DNA of 62,813 nucleotides, the filler included, from Malassezia furfur (Eukaryota), in NCBI GenBank assembly GCA_052055015.1. It is 33 parts of 33 records of this genome, joined end to end, with 100 filler letters (N's around TTAATTAATTAA, not from the genome) between each part and the next. Parts side by side here need not be neighbours in the genome. Positions count along the whole stretch, not along the records: positions 55,492 to 57,252 come from JBQJIT010001058.1; positions 57,353 to 59,108 come from JBQJIT010001059.1; positions 59,209 to 60,962 come from JBQJIT010001060.1; positions 61,063 to 62,813 come from JBQJIT010001061.1; 29 more parts are not named here. One strand, written 5' to 3'. A program made the translations under genes and the position numbers. Below the pieces are notes generated by a model, which had not been told where the DNA came from, did no database searches, and saw nothing but the letters and a program-made list of their open reading frames with translations. This document shows, in pieces, positions 56,451 to 62,813 of the stretch. Position 1 is the first letter of the stretch; each line of letters opens with the position of its first letter.

Positions 56451-57252
56451 GGCGCTCGACGCGCACGCCGCCGAACGCGCCGCGTGTGCGGAGCGCGAGC
56501 GTGCGCTGAACGACGCGCTCAAGGCGTGCTACGCGCAGCTCCTGCAGATGGGCCAGGACCAGCGGGGGCACGAGCGCGCGCGCCGCCTGCGGGAGTCGCT
56601 GCGCGCGATGCGCTCGCTGTTCCCGGGCGTGCATGGGCGCCTGCTGGAGCTGTGTGAGCCGACGCAGCGCAAGTATGCGTTGGCGGTGGCCACGGCGCTC
56701 GGGCGGTACGCGGACGCCGTGGTGGTCGACACCGAGGCGACCGCCGTCGAGTGCATCGAGTACCTCCGCACGCAGCGCGCGGGCCACGCCACCTTCTTGC
56801 CGCTCGACACGGTGCAGGTCAAGCCGGTGAACGACCGCCTGCGCAGCCTGTCGGTGCACGCGCGCCTCGCGGTGGACGTCGTGCAGTACGCGCCGGCGAT
56901 CGAGCGTGCGGTGCACTTTGCGTGCGGCAATACGCTCCTGTGTGACTCGCTCGACGTCGCGCGCGAGCTGTGCTACGCACGCAACGAGCGCGTCAAGGCC
57001 GTCACGCTCCAGGGCGCCGTGCTCCACAAGACGGGCCTGCTCACCGGCGGCTCCGCGACGCCAGACGCCCAGCACGAGTTCGACGAGCGCGCGATGCTTG
57101 GCGTGCAGCGCGAGCGCGACCGGTGCATGGAGGAGCTCAAGGCGCTCCACCAGCGTAAGTACGACCTCGGCGACGACGACGCGCTCGCCGCCGACCTGGC
57201 CCGTGCACAGCAGCGCGCCGCCGCGCTCGCCGAGGAGCGCGCCGACACCGCG
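56451..57252 (+). CDS. SMC1: Cohesin Smc1 coiled-coil and hinge segment
   Basis: LFPGVHGRLLELCEPTQRKYALAVATALGRYADAVVVDTEATAVECIEYLRTQRAGHATFLPLDT, KAVTLQGAVLHKTGLLTGG. Confidence 0.93.
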
Positions 57253-57352
57253 NNNNNNNNNNNNNNNNNNNNNNNNNNNNNNNNNNNNNNNNNNNNTTAA
57301 TTAATTAANNNNNNNNNNNNNNNNNNNNNNNNNNNNNNNNNNNNNNNNNNNN

Positions 57353-58892
57353 GCGGCACATCGGCCAGGAGCGACGTGCCGCTGCGTGCCAAGTTCGTCG
57401 GCTTCGGCGCAGGCTCGCTGGGCGCCGACGTAAACGCGCCGAGGTCGTCAAACGCGGCGTCGTACGTCGTGCCTGGCGACGCATACCGCTCACCCCCGCC
57501 CCGGTCGACGAGCGGCCCAATGCGGGGCGGCGGCGCACTCGTGCGCGCGTGCACAGGTACCTCGAACGCGAGCTCCGGCGCAAACAGCTCGTTGCCGTGC
57601 GCCGATACGCCGCTGCCACTATCATTGTCGTCGTCATCGTCGTACTCTTCGTCGTAGTGGGTGCCGTAGTGGGTCGCGGCCGGCTCGTCGTCCACGACGT
57701 ACTCGTCGTACGACACGCCCTGCCGGCCGCGGTACTTGCCCGTGTCCGAGTAGCGCGCGCCCGAGCCCGGCGCGTCTTCAAACGCGGCAAACGCATCGTC
57801 CGTCGCGTCGTACGACGTGCGCACCGGCGGGGGCAGCGACGTCGTCTGATCGAGCCACGACAGGTCGAGGTCGCTCAGCGCCGCGGACTGCGGCATGGGC
57901 GGCTTGCGTGCCGCCTCCTTGGGCTTTGGCGCGGGCTTTGGCGAGGCTGGCGCACTCACGTTCGGCGACTGCGTCTGCGGCGTACGGCGCCAGCCACGCA
58001 GAATGCCGCCGGACGGCGCTTCGCTCGTTGTCGGCGTCGACGTGCCGGACCCGCTGCTGCGCGTGAGCCAGCTCGTGAGCTTGTTCGTGGACGGCGGCGC
58101 GGGCGGCGCAACACGGCGCCAGCCCGGGTCCGGCTCTGGCTCGCGCTTCGGCTCCGGCGCACGTCGGCGCCATTGCGAGACGGCCGCGCCGAGTCGCGAG
58201 ATGGCCGACGGCGCGGGCGTCGCGGCGGGCGCATCGGCACTCGGTGCCTGTGCCTCTTGCGCCGCCGGCTCGGGCGCGCGCCCATACGTCTCGTCCGCGC
58301 CGGGCGCGGGGTATGCTTCGGCGTCGTGGCTCGGCGCCGGTTCGGACGGGCGCGCCTCGTGCGTGCCAAGGTCGGGCGCCTCGTGCGTGCCAATGTCGGG
58401 CGCCTCGTGCGCGCCATCGTCGGGCTCCTCGTGCGCGCTGCCCGTGTCGCTTTGTGCGTCGTCGTCCGCGCTGTCGTCCTGCGTGCTTGCGTGCCAAATG
58501 CGCGTCTGGATCGTGTCGCCGCCGCCCCACACGTTTTCTTCGATCGCGGCCGCATCGGTCGCGAGGTGGGTCAGGCCGGGGTCAAGTGACACCGACGGCG
58601 GCTCGGCGATCGACATGTGCGCCACTGAGGACGTGATATCGTCGGCGCCCAGTGCGCCGAGGCCCGCCGACGCGCCGAGCGGCGCCGCGGAATCGGCCGG
58701 CGCCTGGACTTTGGCGGGCGCATCGTCCCACGCCGAGGCGCTGGCGCCCAGATCGTGCGGCGCCGCAGCGCCCCACGGCTCGTCGTCGGCCAGGCCGACG
58801 GGCGCAACAATGCGCGCCGGCTCAGGCTCGGGCAGCGCCGCGTCCGTCTCGCCGCCCGCGTCGCTCGCCCACGGACTCGCCCAGGGGTCCAT
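57353..58892 (-). CDS. Acidic disordered protein with DPW/EPW-type motifs and 8-aa repeats (3' truncated)
   Basis: MDPWASPWAS...DDEPWG...ENVWG, plus in-frame 24-nt repeats GAHEAPDI/GTHEAPDL/GTHEARP. Confidence 0.65.
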
Positions 58893-58947
58893 TCGGAGCG
58901 CGAGGGAACACGTGACGCGCCGAAGAAGTCGGTCGCTTTTGAGCGCC

Positions 58948-59108
58948 ATGTCGCTGGTAGGCAAGAGTGTGCGTGGCCTGCTGCGCTACGCGCCGCTTCG
59001 CGTGCCGAGGTCTGCACGCGCTCTCGCGCGACCCCTGACGACGTATGCGCCGCGGTGGCGCCCGGATGTGGCACGCACCGCGACGCCGACGGCGGACGCC
59101 CCGCCGGC
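58948..59108 (+). CDS. 5' end of a probable mitochondrial protein
   Basis: MSLVGKSVRGLLRYAPLRVPRSARALARPLTTYAPRWR is Arg-rich and acid-free, like a presequence. Confidence 0.6.
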
Positions 59109-59209
59109 NNNNNNNNNNNNNNNNNNNNNNNNNNNNNNNNNNNNNNNNNNNNTTAATTAATTAANNNNNNNNNNNNNNNNNNNNNNNNNNNNNNNNNNNN
59201 NNNNNNNNC

Positions 59210-60133
59210 CACCGCGACCACCGCAAGCTGTACCGCGCGCTGTGCATCCTGCGCGACACCGGCACGCGCCAGTCCGAGTGGGTCCGTGCGCAGGACGCCG
59301 CGGACGACGCGCCGCGCCCGCCGGCGTTTGGGCAGCGCCGCCTCCTGTTCTGGGTATGGAGCGAGCGCGCGGCGCTCAACGCGCGGCTCGACCGGCGCAT
59401 CGGGCAGATGGTCGAGGTACGTCGCCCCCTCACGCAGCGCGGACTCCTCGACGAGATCAACGCTCTGCGCGCCATTGCGCGCCAGGCGCCTACGGACGTC
59501 GACTACACACGCGGCATCTACCAGGCGATCGGTACGTGCGCCGCTCACGCAGGGTACAAGGAGTTTGACGCCTACCTCGCGCACCGCGAGCGCCACGGCG
59601 ACGACGCAGACGCACAGCGCCTCTTTGACGCGGCGATCGCCGCGATGCAGGTCGCTACGCGCCGCTACGCGAAGCGGCAGACTGCGTGGATCCGCAACCA
59701 GCTGCTCCCTGCCGTGCACGCCGCGCAGGACCGCGGCGAGGAGGTGTATCTGTACGTGCTCGACGCCACGGACCCCGCGCGCTGGGACGCCGACGTCCGC
59801 CGGCCTGCCGAGGCGATCACCCAGGCGTTCCTCGCACACGCGCCGATGCCCGAGCCGCGCACGGTGTGTGCGGCGGCCGACGAGCTGCTGGCACGCGCGC
59901 CGCGCAAGCACGGCGCGCTCGAGCGCAACGCGATGTTCACGTGTGAGGTGTGCACGAGCGACGCGGCGCATCCGTTCCGCGTGCGCGAGACGGAGCGCGC
60001 GAAGCACCTCCACTCGCGCACGCACCGCTACGCGCTGAAGCGGCGCACGCGGCAGCAGTGGATCGCCGAGCACAAGGAGCACGGCGAGGAGGTGCGCCGC
60101 ACGCGCGAGGCGCGGCGCCAGGGCAGCGGATAG
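59210..60133 (+). CDS. MOD5: tRNA dimethylallyltransferase (5' truncated); two 21-nt introns at 59417-59437 and 59532-59552
   Basis: HRDHRKLYRAL, RLDRRIGQMVE|RGLLDEI, GIYQAIG|YKEF, TRRYAKRQTAWIRN, and a C-terminal zinc finger CEVC...HLHSRTH. Confidence 0.95.
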   Translation, partial: HRDHRKLYRALCILRDTGTRQSEWVRAQDAADDAPRPPAFGQRRLLFWVWSERAALNARLDRRIGQMVEVRRPLTQRGLLDEINALRAIARQAPTDVDYTRGIYQAIGTCAAHAGYKEFDAYLAHRERHGDDADAQRLFDAAIAAMQVATRRYAKRQTAWIRNQLLPAVHAAQDRGEEVYLYVLDATDPARWDADVRRPAEAITQAFLAHAPMPEPRTVCAAADELLARAPRKHGALERNAMFTCEVCTSDAAHPFRVRETERAKHLHSRTHRYALKRRTRQQWIAEHKEHGEEVRRTREARRQGSG

Positions 60134-60253
60134 AGCGCGCCGCGGGCGGCGCAGTCCATAACACGTACAAACCTAGTCCTATTCTACAGCAAGGGTGGCG
60201 GGGTGGCACAGGGCCAAGGCGGCAGCGGCCGCCACGCGGCACGGCACAGCCGC

Positions 60254-60962
60254 TCACACGGGATGGGGCGCATCGATCTCGATCGTGGGAACAATGCTCG
60301 CCATAAACTTTAAAAAAATGATCAGGTACTGATCCACCTGCACGCCTCCCTCGTCATTGGCCGGCTCCGCGCTCGGGCCCCACAGCCGGCGCACGGCGCC
60401 CGCCCAGGTGCGCGGCTTGGCCGGCGCCGCGTCCGTGCTGCGCTCGGACGCCCCGTCGTTGATGCGCGCAATCATCTTGTGCATCATGCTCGCATGCTTG
60501 CACGGGTGGATGCTCGCGACGTGCATCGCCATGCTCCGCGGCGAGCGCGAGTGGTCCGCGCGCCGCGCCAGCAGGTGGTCCATGCTGCCCCCGCCGGGGC
60601 TCCCGTGCGGGAACGGCTCAATGGTCACTGTTTTGAACGCATAGTCCGACGCCACATCCTCAAAGATCTGCGCGGGCTGCAGCGGCAGGCCGTTCTCGTC
60701 GTACCCAATCAGCCACATGCGCGGCGTCTGGTAGTACTTGTCGTAGGTGATCATGCAGTCGTACGTGCGCACCGCCGTGACGTGCGTCCGGCCGCGCTCG
60801 TGCACCGGCGCTTGCGTCTCGGCAGCGTGACCGGGCACAGACTGCGCGGGGTCCTCCTTCTCGTGCAGCCCGTCCGAGAAGCCACTCAGCTCCTCGGCGT
60901 CGTCGTCGTGCGCCTCGGCGTGCCGCGGCGTGCTGCTCGCGCGGCTGCCCGGCGCACCGCGC
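60254..60962 (-). CDS. ATG3: Autophagy E2-like enzyme Atg3 (5' truncated)
   Basis: RTYDCMITYDKYYQTPRMWLIGYDE, catalytic SIHPCKHA, VDQYLIIFLKFMASIVPTIE. Confidence 0.96.
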
Positions 60963-61062
60963 NNNNNNNNNNNNNNNNNNNNNNNNNNNNNNNNNNNNNN
61001 NNNNNNTTAATTAATTAANNNNNNNNNNNNNNNNNNNNNNNNNNNNNNNNNNNNNNNNNNNN

Positions 61063-62810
61063 TCGGGCGCGGCGTGTATGCGTCGCCCGGCGCGCTCGCC
61101 GTGCTGCTGAACGCGTTCGGGCGCCTGTCGCACGTGAGCCGCATCGACGAGCTGTACACGATGGGCATGCACGTCGTCGCGGCGGCGGCGGCGGCGGCGA
61201 CGACGTCGGCGGCGCTGCACGCATACACCGAGGGCGTGGCGTGCCCGACGCTGCCGGCGGTGCGCAGCCTCGACTCGGGCCTGAACAATGCGCTGCAGAG
61301 CCTTGCGCGGGCCCACGGGCAGCTGCAGGCCGACGAGCTGTACACGCGGCTCAAGGCGAGCGTCGGGCGCGGCGTGTATGCGTCGCCCGGCGCGCTCGCC
61401 GTGCTGCTGAACGCGTTCGGGCGCCTGTCGCACGTGAGCCGCATCGACGAGCTGTACACGATGGGCATGCACGTGGTGGCGTCGCGCCCGCACGACCGCG
61501 AGTGGCGCGTGTCGCACTGGGTGCAGCTCGAGGACGGGATGGTCACCGCGCTGTCGCACGCGGGCCTAGGTGAGCGTGCGAACGCGCACCGCGAGCGGCT
61601 GATCGCCGCGGGCCATGTGCCGAGCGCGAGTGCGTACGCGGCGCTGATCGCGACGATCCAGGAGCGCACGGACGACGCGGTGGTGGCCGAGGAGCTGTTC
61701 AGCGAGTCGCAGCGCCTCGGCGTGCGGCCGACGACCTACCTGTACAACACGGTGATCTCGAAGCTGTCGCGCGCGCGCAAGGCGGAGCAGGCGCTGCGCC
61801 TGTTTGACGCGATGCGCGGCGCGAACCTGCGCCCGAGCAGCGTGACGTACGGCGCGGCGATCAACGCGTGTGTGCGCACGGGCGACGAGGCGCGTGCGAC
61901 GCAGCTGTTTGCCGAGATGGAGGCACAGCCGTCGTTCCAGCCGCGTGTGCCGCCGTACAACACCATGATCCAGTACTACGTGCACAGCTGCATGGACCGC
62001 GAGAAGGCGCTGCAGTACTACGAGAAGATGCAGCAGGCGGGCGTGCGCCCCAGCGCGCACACGTACAAGCTGCTCCTCGACGTCTGGGGCTCGACCGCGC
62101 CCGTGCAGCCGGACCGCCAGCAGGCGGTGTTTGCGCGCCTCGTCGCCGACCGCCTCGTCGGCGTCCAGGGCACGCACTGGGCGTCGCTCCTCCACACGCA
62201 GGGCACCGTGCTCCACGACCTGGACCGTGCGCTCGAGATCTTCGAGTCGATCGCCGAGCACGCGCCGGGGCCGCGCAACGGCGTGAGCACGGTGCCGGAC
62301 GCGGTCGTGTACGAGTCGCTCTTCTCGGTGTTTGTCGCGCACGGGCGCACCGACCTGATGCCCGCGTACCTCGCGCGCATGACGCACCAGGGCATCCTGC
62401 CCACCGCGTACATCGCCAACCTGCTCATCAAGGGCTACGCACAGGACGGCCCGCTCGGCCTCGTCGAGGCGCGCCGCGTGTTCGAGGCGATGATCGACCC
62501 GCCCGCGGGCATCGCCGCCGCGGGCAACCACCTGCCGCGCCACCACGGCGCGGGCGCCCTCGGGATGCACCGCGAGCGCGTCGCGCACGGCTCGCGCATG
62601 CACTCGGTCGACCGCACCAACGTGCTCGGCGCGCTCGTCAACCGCGAGCCCAGCACGTACGAGGCCATGATCCGCGCCGAGCTCGCGTTCGGCAACCAGG
62701 ACCGCGCCCTGGCGCTGTTCGAGCGCATGAAGGCACGCGCCTTCCCCGCGGCGCTCGTGAACCGCGCGCGCGCCATGTTCGACCACGTCGGCCCCCGCGC
62801 CGGGCACTAG
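61063..62810 (+). CDS. Pentatricopeptide repeat protein (5' truncated)
   Basis: PPR motifs PTTYLYNTVISKL, PSSVTYGAAINAC, PPYNTMIQYY, PSAHTYKLLL, PSTYEAMIRAE. Confidence 0.92.
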
Positions 62811-62813
62811 CGC

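Noticed and set aside
1883..61062. Regularly spaced TTAATTAATTAA repeats suggesting an array or transposon target sites
   Set aside because: They are N-flanked synthetic six-frame-stop linkers. The regular spacing comes from size-sorted contigs.
1..62813. Many long overlapping or antisense ORFs (e.g. 17666-19540, 25347-27203, 36751-38583, 49992-51716)
   Set aside because: These are Arg/Ala-rich shadow frames expected at high GC3 opposite recognisable genes. The GTG/TTG starts in the track are not meaningful for a fungus.
1..62813. tRNA, rRNA, CRISPR or transposase/retroelement sequences
   Set aside because: None recognisable by eye; a tRNAscan/Rfam/repeat search was not possible.

Overview
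This window is not a contiguous locus. It is 33 unrelated contigs of about 1.75-1.88 kb, sorted by decreasing length and joined by 32 artificial 100-nt linkers (N44-TTAATTAATTAA-N44), so adjacency across linkers carries no information. The DNA is very GC-rich, gene-dense and eukaryotic. Gene content, tiny intergenic gaps and tiny introns point to a basidiomycete yeast, most likely Malassezia (M. furfur-like; inference). Most ORFs in the supplied track are GC shadow frames. The real genes are mostly partial housekeeping genes: ARG2, PAB1, an ABCC transporter, dynactin p62, SSL2, SCP2, TAO3, ADA1, PDS5, SOD2, SIN3, kinesin-7, FAB1, CCT7, KOG1, RRP40, NDUFS4, PPS1, UGD1, MRP4, QRI1, ARC1, a peroxisomal carrier, PEX5, CMC4, TAF2, a DH-PH-FYVE GEF, MOD5, ATG3 and a PPR protein. 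The main signals are as follows. (1) Twelve spliceosomal introns of only 21-37 nt, including two stop-free in-frame 21-nt introns in MOD5 that look like 7-aa insertions. (2) A probable box C/D snoRNA (snR62/U34-like) inside a 133-nt intron of a non-coding host transcript divergent from RRP40. (3) A recurrent CACGTG(A) element just upstream of many start codons, and TAYRTA elements at 3' ends. (4) An A-rich tract in the PAB1 5' leader. (5) An in-frame VPS8::SMC1 chimera, two frameshifts and a duplication that are probably assembly artefacts.
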